Below are positions 26,560 through 36,745 of a DNA stretch of 54,252 nt, in pieces. A model generated the notes under the pieces. The model was not told the origin of the DNA. It did no database searches and was given only the letters and a program-made list of their open reading frames with translations. The position numbers and the translations under genes are program-made. The number at the start of each line of letters is the position of its first letter. The stretch's first letter is position 1. The DNA lies in assembly GCA_037445065.1 (NCBI GenBank), contig JBBILD010000025.1, positions 1 through 54,252 on the forward strand, in the 5' to 3' direction. This DNA comes from Myxococcales bacterium. GTDB lineage: Bacteria; Desulfobacterota; Binatia; HRBIN30.

Positions 26560-28188
26560 ATGAACCTGACCGGGAAGGAAGCACTTGCGCGGCGGCCGGT
26601 GCCCAACAGCAGTGACTTTCTGGAACTGTACTCGTTCGAGCGACCGCAACCGGCGCAGCCAGTGGAGCTGTTCGTGGAAGAACTCAAACAACTGGTCCGC
26701 GACCATCCTGTGGATCCGCGACTCGCGGAAGGGCTCAAGTATGGCCAGCTCTCGCGCGACGCCATGCGGCGCTGGATCAAGGAATACTACCACTTCATTC
26801 GCATGGACGCGCAGGGCAGTGCGGCCATGATCGCGCGCTGCAGGCGTCGAGGCTTGTTCTTAGCACTGAGCCAAATCGTGAACCGCAAAACGGGCTTTCA
26901 TCAAGTGACGCGACCAGCGCGCGAATTGTTCCTGCGCTTTGCTGCCGCCTTCGGCCTGAGTCAGGAGGAACTGGAAGCGCATTATCCGTGCCCAGAAACG
27001 CTGCAGGCGCTGTACTCTCGCTTGCAGTTTCAGTTCAGCTCCTTCGAGGAAGGCTTTGTGGTGACGGCCCTCGCCGCCGAGGGCTCCTTGCTCGACGTCG
27101 TCCGCGACGAGCGCCCCTGGCTCTGCCAGCGCGGCATCGCCGAGTACATGAAACGGGCCTACCAGCTCGACGACGACGCGGTGGCCTATTGGAGAGCCTA
27201 CGAGGATTTCCGGAGCTTCGTATGCGAACCCGTGTGGGACATTGTAAAGGAAATTGCCCAAGACGCCGAACAGCAGGCGTTGCTGCGCACGACCCTGCAC
27301 CATTGGCTTCTCCTCTACCAGAACATGCGCCGGGCGTGGGCGGAAATCGCCACCGAAACGTATCCGCTGCCAGAGTTTGTCTGGCCTCCTCCGGGTCGCT
27401 CGTTTCAAAAGGCTGCCGAGCAAACGTACGAAGAACTCGTAGAAGAGTTGGGCGAGTTTTGCCTGGCTCTGCCGCAGCCCAAAGAGACCGCGTTCGGTTT
27501 GCTGCTCTCCGGTAAGGCTTCCTTGGCTGCGGCCAAAGAGCTCATCAAAGACTTCATCCACATGGATGCAACGCGCGCCATTGCCGGACAGTTCAGCCGC
27601 ATTTTCTCTGGCAAGGCCCTGCGCGCGATTTCCCAGGCGTTCGCCACGGAGTCCGGAGGGTATCTCACCCGCAACCACATGGAGATTTGGGCGGATTTTG
27701 CCGAGCAAGCCTGCGGCATCACGCGACAAGAGCTTTTTGAATGGGTGCCACCGACGGAAACGCTGGGCAGCCGTTACGTGGCTCGTTGGTTTCTCGTGCA
27801 CTGCCCACCAGAAGAAGCTATTGCCGCGTTCCACCTCGGTCCACCCCCAGAAGTGAAGCCCAAACTGGGTAAGCGCGCCCTTGGCCTCGGACAAGGCGGG
27901 GCTGCCGGGGAAGGTCTTCTCCAGCACACCCCGGGAAAGCATCCCCTGGCGGCAGCGCTAGAACGGCTTGGAATCAGGTCGGACCTCGCCGACTACTTCT
28001 TCCGGTTGCACCGCGAGATCGAACCGTTCGAACAAGAGGAAGGCTGGGAGTACGTACCGGATGTGCTCGAGACTGCGTTACAACGGCGCGCCTTCAAGCG
28101 CGCATACATCGCCAAGATCCTGGCCGAGTCGCGCAAGGACGAAGCTTTGCTGCGACGCATGAAACAGCTTTCCGGCCTACCCGTTTAA
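26560..28188 (+). CDS. Tandem two-domain PqqC/TenA/CADD-like (heme-oxygenase fold) protein
   Basis: Two related halves: GQLSRDAMRRWIKEYYHF..LFLRFAAAFGLSQEELEAHYPCPET and GKASLAAAKELIKDFIH..NHMEIWADFAEQACGITRQELFEWVPPTET..FFRLHREIE. Confidence 0.65.
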   Translation: MNLTGKEALARRPVPNSSDFLELYSFERPQPAQPVELFVEELKQLVRDHPVDPRLAEGLKYGQLSRDAMRRWIKEYYHFIRMDAQGSAAMIARCRRRGLFLALSQIVNRKTGFHQVTRPARELFLRFAAAFGLSQEELEAHYPCPETLQALYSRLQFQFSSFEEGFVVTALAAEGSLLDVVRDERPWLCQRGIAEYMKRAYQLDDDAVAYWRAYEDFRSFVCEPVWDIVKEIAQDAEQQALLRTTLHHWLLLYQNMRRAWAEIATETYPLPEFVWPPPGRSFQKAAEQTYEELVEELGEFCLALPQPKETAFGLLLSGKASLAAAKELIKDFIHMDATRAIAGQFSRIFSGKALRAISQAFATESGGYLTRNHMEIWADFAEQACGITRQELFEWVPPTETLGSRYVARWFLVHCPPEEAIAAFHLGPPPEVKPKLGKRALGLGQGGAAGEGLLQHTPGKHPLAAALERLGIRSDLADYFFRLHREIEPFEQEEGWEYVPDVLETALQRRAFKRAYIAKILAESRKDEALLRRMKQLSGLPV

Positions 28189-28213
28189 GCTACGCTTGCG
28201 CGTCGCCTGTGGC

Positions 28214-31033
28214 CTACGGTCGCGCCGGGTGCCACTCGTAAAAAGCCACACGGGTCCCGGAAGCCAGTGCCGCGGATCCTTCTGAGAACACAGGACTGCC
28301 CCAGCCTAGATTTCCAACCACCATTCCTTCAACGCTGAACAACATCGGAACAGATTTGTCTGGGTGAAACAGCAAATCGCCGGTGGAATTGTATGCGCGC
28401 CACCCGTCACGCCAGCAAAGCACATAAAGGTTCCCTGAGCGGTCGGCGGCAAGCTCGCTCTCCCACCACGAACGGGGCAAAACCCGATACGTTTGGAGTG
28501 TTCCATCGAGACCATATCCCAGCAACTGACCCAACCCAGAATCGATCACCCATAAGCGTCCTTCGTGCACCAGTGCCGACGCCACGTGGTGCAGGGGCTT
28601 ACCGTCCGCGGCGAGGAGTTGTCGTTGCTCGCCGGACGAAAAACGCACCGCCCCACGCTCGCTAACCAGCACCAGCCGCTCCCCATCGCGCAAAGCGGCG
28701 CGGAGCGAACCCGGCGATTCGATGAACCCCTCGAGTCGGGCTGGCACGAATTGCAACCAGCGGCCACTCGAGTCAATCAGCTCCACGCCGCTGCTATTTC
28801 GAACCGGACGAAAATCGTGCGGATACGGCAAGGGAAAGCCGGGACCGCGTGGACCAGGACCTGCCTGCAGCGACACCAGTTCCCGTGCTGCTGCCGCCCA
28901 CAAGCCTTGCGTTTCTTCCCAGATCAAGCCAGAGACGCGTTCCGCCGTGACCACACTCCCCTTCTGCTCCCAAAAGCCCTCTGCGACTGCACCGAGGCTT
29001 GCCTCGTACGGACGTAAGCCCTCCTCTTCTCCTCGGGGAGCGTGCACCAGAAAGAGATCGAGCGGTTCCCACGTTCCACCGGCCTGGCGGATTTGCCAAC
29101 CAGTCCAACCGAAGGCGAGCAGCGGCAATTCGATGGGATGGTAGCCCTCCTCCAGGTAAACGGTCCGGCCGTTTGCCACATCCGTCCCGTGCAAGCGGAG
29201 AGCCGCCGCCGGAACGAACGACCGAAACTCGTACCCACTGTCCGCCGGAATCCAGAGATGGCCGCGAGCGGCCCCGCCTTGTTCCACCACGCCGAATCGC
29301 GCCCGTAACGCTTCCCAAGGGATTTCGATCTCCCAACCAATGGACGAAACCCCGAGGCTTGGCCATGGTGGTGGGGAAGCCACCTCGCGTATCGCAACGT
29401 CACGGTATAGCCGCCGCCAAGTCGGAAGCAGGAACCGCTCCGCAAACGGCGCCCGAGGCACATACGCAACCGCGTCGTGGCCCTCGCGCAGGGCGACGGC
29501 TGGGAAGAGCGCGGTCTGTGAGGTCAGCACCCCGACGGCGTTCAGCCACCGGTAGCCAGGCAACGCGGCGAGCGAGAACGCTTCCCCTTCGAAGTCGCGC
29601 CCCGGTTCGTTGCGCGGAACGAAGAGGTTCTTTCCCCTGTGAGCTTGGAGCCGCTCGAGCAGGATGAATCCCTGTGCCTCCGGCCGGTTGGCACCGCGTA
29701 GCATGGTCCGCGAGATCACCTGCAGGAAGTGCTGCTGGTTCTGTTCGTATCCCTGCGCCATGAGCACCCAATACGCAGCGATTGCCAACAACCCCGCGGC
29801 GGCATGGCAACTCCACCAGGTAGCAATCGCTCGTCCGAGACCGAGCCCCGCCAGCAAATACAGCGGGCAGAGTAGCGCACCGATGTAAAACTCGTTCGCA
29901 ATGCTCAGTGCCAGGGCAGGGATGTACAGAAACAGAAGCAGCAAAACCGCCATTGCGCTCAGCTCCGAGCGGCAGGTGCGAAGCGCGAGGACCAAACCGA
30001 CCGCCGTGGCTGCCCATGTCACCGGATCCAGTACCGCGTGACCGGTCTGCTCCAATGGCACACCAGGCAAGAGTGCTTGCCGCAAGTAGTTCAGGTTGAC
30101 CGAGAGCTTTGCAACAGTCGAGGAAGCGCCGACGCGCTGGGGATCGAGCGACTCCACGATGTACTGAAACGCCTGCGGACGAGTTGCAAAGAAGCACCCG
30201 AGTGGGATCAGCCCCACTGCGGTGCCCCAGGTAAACCAGCGGATGGCCCGAACCCGCTGTGCCCACACCTCGGGGAATTTCCAGCGCACCACCAGGGCCA
30301 ACAAGGCAGCGTACAGCGGCATCACGTACAAGCCCCAATATGCATGCAACCCGAGCACGAGCCCCAACGCTGCCAGCCCAAAACCCAGCGAAGAACCGTT
30401 GCGCAGACCTGCGACCATTCCTCCCACGACCAGGGGCTGGAGCAAGGGCATCAAAAATTGATGGTAACCGTTGCGGGTCGCCCACAGATGCCACCAGGAA
30501 ATGGCCAGCAAGGATGCTGTCGCCCAGGCAGCTGCGCCCCCGAAGAGCTGCCAGGCACACCAGGCGACGGCCAGCACGGTGGCGACGCTGATCCCAGCAG
30601 CAGCCAGACGCATCGCGAGCATCTCATCCGCGACGAACGAGTTCACTGCGCCGATCACGTAGGACAAAAGCGTGTGGGCGTACCACGCGTACGGCTCGTA
30701 CGGGAAGCCACGCTGCACGAGGGAACTGGCAAACTTCACGAAGTTCAATACTTCGTAGCTGTAACCGGCAGGAACCGTGCGCCAGTGCATGGCCCGAAAG
30801 GAAACCGCTGCCGCGAGGGCGACCGTGAGGCAGAGCCAGGTGAGCCAGCGGGGTGTTGTCGCCGACGGGAGCTTGCGATGCGTGGCGGCAAGCCCGAGAG
30901 CGATCAGTAGCCAGCCGCCGGCAAACCACAGGGACAGCGGACGAACTGGTGCGAGCAAGGTCGCACCAACGGCGAGCGCGGCGGTGAGAACCATCGCCTG
31001 CAAGAGTCGGCTCACGGAGCGCCCCTCCCCCAT
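28214..31033 (-). CDS. Multi-pass GT-C (PMT/ArnT-like, family 39) membrane protein with soluble C-terminal domains
   Basis: About 12 hydrophobic segments in the N-terminal half (AMRLAAAG.., LLAISWWHLWATRNG). The C-terminus has PA14-like (LEEGYHPIEL) and NHL-like (LWVIDSG, AADRSGNLYV) motifs. Start ATG 31033 is inferred. Confidence 0.6.
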   Translation of the reverse strand: MGEGRSVSRLLQAMVLTAALAVGATLLAPVRPLSLWFAGGWLLIALGLAATHRKLPSATTPRWLTWLCLTVALAAAVSFRAMHWRTVPAGYSYEVLNFVKFASSLVQRGFPYEPYAWYAHTLLSYVIGAVNSFVADEMLAMRLAAAGISVATVLAVAWCAWQLFGGAAAWATASLLAISWWHLWATRNGYHQFLMPLLQPLVVGGMVAGLRNGSSLGFGLAALGLVLGLHAYWGLYVMPLYAALLALVVRWKFPEVWAQRVRAIRWFTWGTAVGLIPLGCFFATRPQAFQYIVESLDPQRVGASSTVAKLSVNLNYLRQALLPGVPLEQTGHAVLDPVTWAATAVGLVLALRTCRSELSAMAVLLLLFLYIPALALSIANEFYIGALLCPLYLLAGLGLGRAIATWWSCHAAAGLLAIAAYWVLMAQGYEQNQQHFLQVISRTMLRGANRPEAQGFILLERLQAHRGKNLFVPRNEPGRDFEGEAFSLAALPGYRWLNAVGVLTSQTALFPAVALREGHDAVAYVPRAPFAERFLLPTWRRLYRDVAIREVASPPPWPSLGVSSIGWEIEIPWEALRARFGVVEQGGAARGHLWIPADSGYEFRSFVPAAALRLHGTDVANGRTVYLEEGYHPIELPLLAFGWTGWQIRQAGGTWEPLDLFLVHAPRGEEEGLRPYEASLGAVAEGFWEQKGSVVTAERVSGLIWEETQGLWAAAARELVSLQAGPGPRGPGFPLPYPHDFRPVRNSSGVELIDSSGRWLQFVPARLEGFIESPGSLRAALRDGERLVLVSERGAVRFSSGEQRQLLAADGKPLHHVASALVHEGRLWVIDSGLGQLLGYGLDGTLQTYRVLPRSWWESELAADRSGNLYVLCWRDGWRAYNSTGDLLFHPDKSVPMLFSVEGMVVGNLGWGSPVFSEGSAALASGTRVAFYEWHPARP

Positions 31034-31044
31034 TCGGGAACCGC

Positions 31045-33618
31045 CTACACCTTGCCGGATGCGGGGCGCGCGGCCAGAGAGGCGTCGCACGGGTCTTCCG
31101 GCCAGGCATGCTTCGGGTAACGGCCACGCAGTTGCCGGCGGACTTCTGCGTACCCGTGCTTCCAAAAGCTGGCGAGATCGCTAGTAATTTGCACGGGACG
31201 CCCGTTCGGGGCCAGTAAGCGCAACGTCACCGGGATCTTGCGCGTGCCAATGCGGGGCGTCTCTGCCCACCCGAACGCCTCCTGGACACGCAGGGACAAC
31301 ACGGGGCCGCTGCCTTCGCCATACTCCAGGGGGGCCATGCGGCCCTCTGGAAGTCGCAGGTGACTAGGCGCCTCTCGCTCTAGGATGGGTAGCAGCGGTG
31401 CGGTCAGACAACGCCGCAGCACCGCACCAGCGTCTACCTGCGCCAGCTCATCCACACTCGTACAACGCTGCGCGGCCTCCTCGAGAACCATAACCCACAC
31501 GGCGCTCGGTTCGTGCCAGGCCGCGAACTCTGCCCATCCGAGCCGGGCCAGAAACGACAGGCGATGCGCGAGTTCGCGGTCTGCGCGGGTGAGCCGCAGC
31601 GCACCCCCAGCTTGGTTGCGAAGCGCCGCACACAGTACCGCGGCGGTTTGCGGCCCTGGCGGGGCGGGCCGCGTCGCAGACCAGGCGACCAAGTCGAACA
31701 CGCGGAGTTGTTCCTCTTCGAGGACGCGCCGCTCCGCTCCGTCGAAGTACAAACGGCTTGCGCGCACGGTGGCGTCGGCCAAAAAGCGCTCGATCCATTC
31801 CCACGCGACGGCGCTGGCAACGCGCACCAGCCCTTCTCGGCGCGCTCCGCTCGCGGGCCACTCGACGTCCAAGGCCAGGAACCAGTCTGCTCTCCGAACT
31901 ACGGAAGCGGAACGCAAGCGCACGCCGTGTCCCCCCACCATCAGCCCACGTTCAGGGTCGTCTTTTCGTGTCCGACACAGCCGATCCGGGTATGCCAGCA
32001 GCAAAGTGGCAAAGGCAAGGCTGTCTGCAGGAGGACAAGTGGGGGCCGCCGGCGGCACACCCAACAGGCGGAGCAACTCCCGCCGAGTACGCTCGATGCG
32101 CTGCACCTGGAATGCGGGGAGAGATGCGGAACCTCGCGACCGTGGCGACGATTCTCGCCCCAAGAAAAGGCAGTACGCCTGCGCCCAGGCCCACAAGTCC
32201 GACCCGGCTGAGCCTGCGGGGCCGGCCTCTTGTCGGCCAGCAAAGCCCGGCCCAGCTTCGCTCCACAGCGCCGCCAGCAGCGCAACGTCTTCCGCGCAAC
32301 CTTGCTCGCAAGCGGCTTCGAGCCAGCGCGCAAGGCGCACCTCCACCGGCAAGCGTGCCAAACGCCTGCCCAGATCCGTGATCCTTCCCCGGTCGTCCAC
32401 AGCACCGAGCCGGCGCAACAAGGCGCGAGCGGCTTCCACGCCACTTGCTGGCGGCGGGTCCAGCCAAGGCAAGTTTTGTGGCTCTTCGAGCCCCCAGGCT
32501 GCCACCTGGAGTAGCAAGTCAGCGAGATCAACGCGTAGGATCTCGGGAGCTGTTTGTGGACGCCTATGTTCGAACTCGGCTGCCGTACCCAGGCGCACAC
32601 AAACGCCGGCAGCGGTACGGCCAGCACGACCGCGGCGCTGCTCCGCACTAGCCTGGCTAATACGCATCAAGCGCAGCGTGTTGAGGCCGCGCCTGCGGTC
32701 GAAATAGGCCTCCCGCGCTAACCCGGAATCTACCACCGCAGTGACACCCGGCACCGTAATGGAACTCTCTGCCACGTTCGTGGCGAGAACAATCCGCCGC
32801 TGGCCAACCGTGAAGATGCGCTGCTGTTCGGACAGGGGCTGGCTCCCGTGCAGGTGCAGCAGCTCTAGTCCCCTCGCTTGCACCCACGGTCGAAGATGCC
32901 CCTCCGCCTGCCGGATTTCCCGCATGCCGGGCAGAAACACGAGGGTATCTCCCGTGTGTTCGGGTTGCGCAAAAGCCACCTCCACGGCCGCCGCGATGCT
33001 GGCGCCCAGAGAGGCGCGCGGCGCTCCGCTGTACAGCGTCCGCACAGGGAAACAGCGACCCGGGCAATCTACGACCGCACAATCCGGAAATGCACTCTGG
33101 AAGGATCGGACTTGGATCGTGGCGGAGAGAATCACGACGCGCAGTTCGGGGCGAAGGCTTCGTTGCAGAAAGCGTGCAATAGCGAAGAGCAGGTCGGTTG
33201 CCGCTCTGCGCTCGTGAAACTCATCCAAGACCAGAATTGCGACGCCCTCGAGAAACGGGTCGCGCATCAGGTCTCGCATCACCAGCCCATCGGTGGCGTA
33301 CCAGAGGCGGGTCGTGGGTCCGCCCCGCTGCTCGTGCCGCACTCGGTAACCAACCGTCGAGCCGACGCGTTCTCCGGCCTCGGTGGCAACCCGTGCGGCC
33401 GCGTTCAGGGCAGCGATTCGCCGCGGTTCCACCACCAGCACCGACTTCTCCCCGGCGAGGGCGAGCAGGGCGGGGGGCAAGCGCGTGGTCTTCCCGCTCC
33501 CAGGCTCCGCCCGCACGACCACGAGCGGGTGCGCCTCCACCGCGGCTTTAATCTGCGGCAGATAGGGATCGATCGGTAAGGGTTCTCTCCCAAGTTGCAA
33601 CCGAACCATGTGGCTCAC
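31045..33618 (-). CDS. hrpB: ATP-dependent RNA helicase HrpB
   Basis: AEPGSGKTT, EPRRIAA, DEFHER, LSAT, LATNVAESSIT, QRRGRAGR and the HrpB C-terminal LLAPNGRPVQITSDLASFW..LRGRYPKHAWPEDP. Confidence 0.95.
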   Translation of the reverse strand: MSHMVRLQLGREPLPIDPYLPQIKAAVEAHPLVVVRAEPGSGKTTRLPPALLALAGEKSVLVVEPRRIAALNAAARVATEAGERVGSTVGYRVRHEQRGGPTTRLWYATDGLVMRDLMRDPFLEGVAILVLDEFHERRAATDLLFAIARFLQRSLRPELRVVILSATIQVRSFQSAFPDCAVVDCPGRCFPVRTLYSGAPRASLGASIAAAVEVAFAQPEHTGDTLVFLPGMREIRQAEGHLRPWVQARGLELLHLHGSQPLSEQQRIFTVGQRRIVLATNVAESSITVPGVTAVVDSGLAREAYFDRRRGLNTLRLMRISQASAEQRRGRAGRTAAGVCVRLGTAAEFEHRRPQTAPEILRVDLADLLLQVAAWGLEEPQNLPWLDPPPASGVEAARALLRRLGAVDDRGRITDLGRRLARLPVEVRLARWLEAACEQGCAEDVALLAALWSEAGPGFAGRQEAGPAGSAGSDLWAWAQAYCLFLGRESSPRSRGSASLPAFQVQRIERTRRELLRLLGVPPAAPTCPPADSLAFATLLLAYPDRLCRTRKDDPERGLMVGGHGVRLRSASVVRRADWFLALDVEWPASGARREGLVRVASAVAWEWIERFLADATVRASRLYFDGAERRVLEEEQLRVFDLVAWSATRPAPPGPQTAAVLCAALRNQAGGALRLTRADRELAHRLSFLARLGWAEFAAWHEPSAVWVMVLEEAAQRCTSVDELAQVDAGAVLRRCLTAPLLPILEREAPSHLRLPEGRMAPLEYGEGSGPVLSLRVQEAFGWAETPRIGTRKIPVTLRLLAPNGRPVQITSDLASFWKHGYAEVRRQLRGRYPKHAWPEDPCDASLAARPASGKV

Positions 33619-33694
33619 CGCGATTTCCGTCGCTGCGGGAACGCCTGGCGGGCTTCCTTATGCGATCCGGGACACCGAGTTCCAGTGTGCCGTG

Positions 33695-34252
33695 CTACGG
33701 CGTGCGGGGCACGAAGTATTGATCGCGGTAGAAACGCAGCTCGGCCAGCGACTCGCGGATATCGTCCAGCGCCAGGTGCGCATGCTTTTTTTCCGGCGGC
33801 CGCGGCCCGCGCGGATACCACCGGCGCACCAACTCTTTGACCGTGCTGACATCAATGATGCGATAATGCAGGTACTGGTCGAGTTCGCGCATGTAGCGGG
33901 CGAGGAAGCGGCGGTCCTGCCAGATCGAGTTGCCGCACAGGGGTGCTGAGCGGGGCGCACAGTACTGGCGCACAAACGACAGGGTCCGCTCCTCAGCCTC
34001 GCGCAACGGCACTCCTTCTGCGCGGCAGCGGGCCAATAGCCCGGAGGCACTGTGGTGCTCGCGATTCCACTCGTCCATTGCTTCGTACACCTCCTCCGGG
34101 TGGGCGATGGCGAGCACTGGTCCTTCGGCAACCACCTCCAATTGGTCGTCAGTAATCAAGGTTGCGATCTCGAGAATTTGGTCTCGCTCGGGATCGAGCC
34201 CGGTCATCTCGAGATCCATCCAAACTAAGCGGCGTCCTTCGCCTGCACTCAC
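33695..34252 (-). CDS. orn: Oligoribonuclease
   Basis: LVWMDLEMTGLD, ILEIAT, CGNSIWQDRRFL, HYRIIDVSTVKEL, HLALDDIRES. The start is uncertain (GTG 34252 chosen). Confidence 0.95.
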   Translation of the reverse strand: MSAGEGRRLVWMDLEMTGLDPERDQILEIATLITDDQLEVVAEGPVLAIAHPEEVYEAMDEWNREHHSASGLLARCRAEGVPLREAEERTLSFVRQYCAPRSAPLCGNSIWQDRRFLARYMRELDQYLHYRIIDVSTVKELVRRWYPRGPRPPEKKHAHLALDDIRESLAELRFYRDQYFVPRTP

Positions 34253-34395
34253 AGGTGGCGGCGATAACAGGGAGCCGTGCCGCGCACAACTAAACAGCCT
34301 GCTACTGTAAATCGTGGGCTGTCCCCCGTCGCCCGCCACCTTGCCGCAAGCAGGCTTTGGCAGCGCTCAGGGAAACCGGCGTGGTCGCAGCAGCT

Positions 34396-35298
34396 TCAGC
34401 GTTTTGCCTCTGGCAGCGAGCGCCCCGCCAGTGCTTCGAGGGCGGTCACTAGAGCCTGAACCCCGAGTTCGCCGCCACCGTGAGCCTCGACCGCGGCGAA
34501 AAGCTGATCCACCAAGACAGTTCCTGGTAACGGGACCCCAACCGAGGAAGCCAACTCCGTGGCCAAGCGGAGGTCCTTGCGCTGCAAACGAACGTAAAAC
34601 CCAGGGTTGAAATCGCGCGCCAGTATCTTCGGCCCCTGCTGCCGGAGGTTCCACGAGTCTCCCGAGCCAGCGCTGATGGCTTCCAGAACGCGCTGCACTT
34701 CCACGCCGCTCGCGGCGGCAAGCAACAGGGCCTCACACACCGACTGAAGGGTCAACACACCTGCGACTTGATTGCAGAGCTTGGCGATCTGCCCGCTCCC
34801 GTGCCCGCCGATGTAGGTGATCTTGCGGCCTAACGCGGTAAAGATCGGACGGCACTGCTCGAACACCTCCTCTTTACCACCGACCATGATGGATAACGTC
34901 GCTTGGCGCGCTCCCGTCTCCCCGCCCGACACGGGAGCATCCAGCATCTCGATGCCGTGCACTGCCAGCCGCTGGGCAAAGCTGCGCGTCGCCAGCGGTG
35001 AGATGGTAGACATATCAATCACCACCTGTCCCGAGCGCCCGCCTGAGGCGACGCCGTGATCACCGAACAAAACCTGCTCCACGTCCGGCGTGTCCGGAAC
35101 CATGGTGATCACGACCTCGCAACGCGCGGCAACGTCGGCGGGCGAAGAGGCGGCCTCACCTCCGGCGGTAAGCAGTGGCTCCAGCCGTTGCGGACTGCGG
35201 CTGTAACCCACCACCTGAAACCCGGCGCGTAGCAGGTTGTAACTCATGGGCCGGCCCATGATGCCAAGCCCGATCCAACCGACCCGCTTGATGGTCAT
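34396..35298 (-). CDS. 2-hydroxy-3-oxopropionate reductase / beta-hydroxyacid dehydrogenase family
   Basis: GWIGLGIMGRPM, DMSTISP, DAPVSGG, KLCNQ, KDLRLA. Confidence 0.92.
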   Translation of the reverse strand: MTIKRVGWIGLGIMGRPMSYNLLRAGFQVVGYSRSPQRLEPLLTAGGEAASSPADVAARCEVVITMVPDTPDVEQVLFGDHGVASGGRSGQVVIDMSTISPLATRSFAQRLAVHGIEMLDAPVSGGETGARQATLSIMVGGKEEVFEQCRPIFTALGRKITYIGGHGSGQIAKLCNQVAGVLTLQSVCEALLLAAASGVEVQRVLEAISAGSGDSWNLRQQGPKILARDFNPGFYVRLQRKDLRLATELASSVGVPLPGTVLVDQLFAAVEAHGGGELGVQALVTALEALAGRSLPEAKR

Positions 35299-35311
35299 GG
35301 CGGGGATCCTC

Positions 35312-35716
35312 TCAGCTTTGCGCCGGCTCCGGCGGCTCCACCTCGATGCGTGCCGCTACTGCCCGGCTCGTCCCGAAGAGTTGAAACAACCAAGCGAGCG
35401 GATACTTGCGGCGGATGCGGTGCAGAATCTCGCGAATCTGCTCGCGCGACTCCACCGCACGCGCCTGCCCGCGCAGCGGCCCATCGCCAAAGTCCACTAT
35501 GACTGCTGGGTTGCGGAGCAAGTTCCGGTACCAGTTCGCGTTCGGCCCTTGCACGTGCTGGACGCAAATCTCGCGCGGCCCGGTAACCACGAACCACACC
35601 TTTACCGTTCGCGGCTGACCCGAGCGCCGACCCGTGGTCGTCAGCCGCACAGTGCGCTTGCGTGCATAGGGGGTGAGATCAAAACTCGCCTGAGTTGAGG
35701 CTTGCGGTTGCGCCAC
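35312..35716 (-). CDS. Deazaflavin-dependent nitroreductase (DDN/split-barrel) family protein
   Basis: LTTTGRRSGQPR and WYRNLLRNPAV. Confidence 0.85.
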   Translation of the reverse strand: MAQPQASTQASFDLTPYARKRTVRLTTTGRRSGQPRTVKVWFVVTGPREICVQHVQGPNANWYRNLLRNPAVIVDFGDGPLRGQARAVESREQIREILHRIRRKYPLAWLFQLFGTSRAVAARIEVEPPEPAQS

Positions 35717-35731
35717 GCGCGCTGCCTTCCT

Positions 35732-36745
35732 TCACCCGTTGAACGCCCGTACCACTTCTCGCCAGAACCCGCGGTCTTCCCGATCGAAGGGAAAGTAGAA
35801 ACTAATGCGGTCGAGGTAACCGGTGTACTTCTTCTTGATTTGGTCCACGAGATCGTCGCGGCGCGCAATGACCGCGTAGGCTGCCAGCATGTCGTCGGTG
35901 ATGAGGTCCGCCATTTCGGTCCAGCGCCCTTGCTTGGAAAGCTCTGTGAGGCGCCGCCCGGTTTCACCCCAGCCGTGCGCTTCGAGAACGCCAATATAGG
36001 CCGGGGTGGACGCGTAAAAGGCAATTTGCTGTTTCACCGGCCCTTTTGCCGCCTCCATCTCCTCCTCGTTGCGGCCGGTCACGACAAACGCCGTTGTGGA
36101 AAGCTGAATCTGCTCCCGCTTGCGCCCCGCCTTCTCGAGACCCTTCTGAATGTTGGGCAGAACCAAGGTCTCCAGGTACCGAATCGAATGAAACGGATGA
36201 ATGTGGAAACCATCGCATAGCTCCCCAGCCAGGCGGCACATGTATTCGTTGACCCCAGCAATAAAGATGCGCGGTTTCGGATACGGGATGGGACCGGGAT
36301 TAAAAAAGGGCGTCATGAGCGTGAAGTTGTAAAACTTTCCGACGAAGTTGGGCCTCGTCCCATTCTGCCAGCAATCCCAAGCCGCGTGGATGACTTGGAT
36401 CATTTCGCGCAGCTTGGGTCCCGGGTGCTCCCACTTCACGCCAAAGCGCTTCTCGTTGTGGGCCTTCACTTGCGTTCCGAGGCCGAGAATAAAGCGCCCG
36501 CGGGAAAGCGCCTGCAGATCCCAGGCGGTGTAAGCGAGCACCACTGGGCTGCGCGGAAAAGCGACGGCGATCGCCGTGCCGAGCTCGATTCGCTCGGTGT
36601 GCTCCGCGGCGAGCACGAGGGGCAAAAACGGGTCATGGGCCGCTTCTGCCGTCCACAAACCCGCAAAGCCGAACTCCTCCGCCTCGCGTGCAGCCTTGCC
36701 TGCATCCTCCAATCGGGGCGCCAACAAGCCGGTGTCGAGTTTCAC
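35732..36745 (-). CDS. Probable F420-dependent LLM class oxidoreductase (TIGR03617-like)
   Basis: EAAHDPFLPL, GTAIAVAFPRSP, AWDLQALSRGRFILGLGTQVKAH, FTLMTPFFNPG, QIAFYASTPAY; GTG start after AGGAGG. Confidence 0.88.
   Translation of the reverse strand: MKLDTGLLAPRLEDAGKAAREAEEFGFAGLWTAEAAHDPFLPLVLAAEHTERIELGTAIAVAFPRSPVVLAYTAWDLQALSRGRFILGLGTQVKAHNEKRFGVKWEHPGPKLREMIQVIHAAWDCWQNGTRPNFVGKFYNFTLMTPFFNPGPIPYPKPRIFIAGVNEYMCRLAGELCDGFHIHPFHSIRYLETLVLPNIQKGLEKAGRKREQIQLSTTAFVVTGRNEEEMEAAKGPVKQQIAFYASTPAYIGVLEAHGWGETGRRLTELSKQGRWTEMADLITDDMLAAYAVIARRDDLVDQIKKKYTGYLDRISFYFPFDREDRGFWREVVRAFNG

Noticed and set aside
26560..28188. Calling this pqqC or tenA
   Set aside because: It is twice the expected length, the ligand motifs are altered, and there are no pqq or thiamine salvage neighbours.
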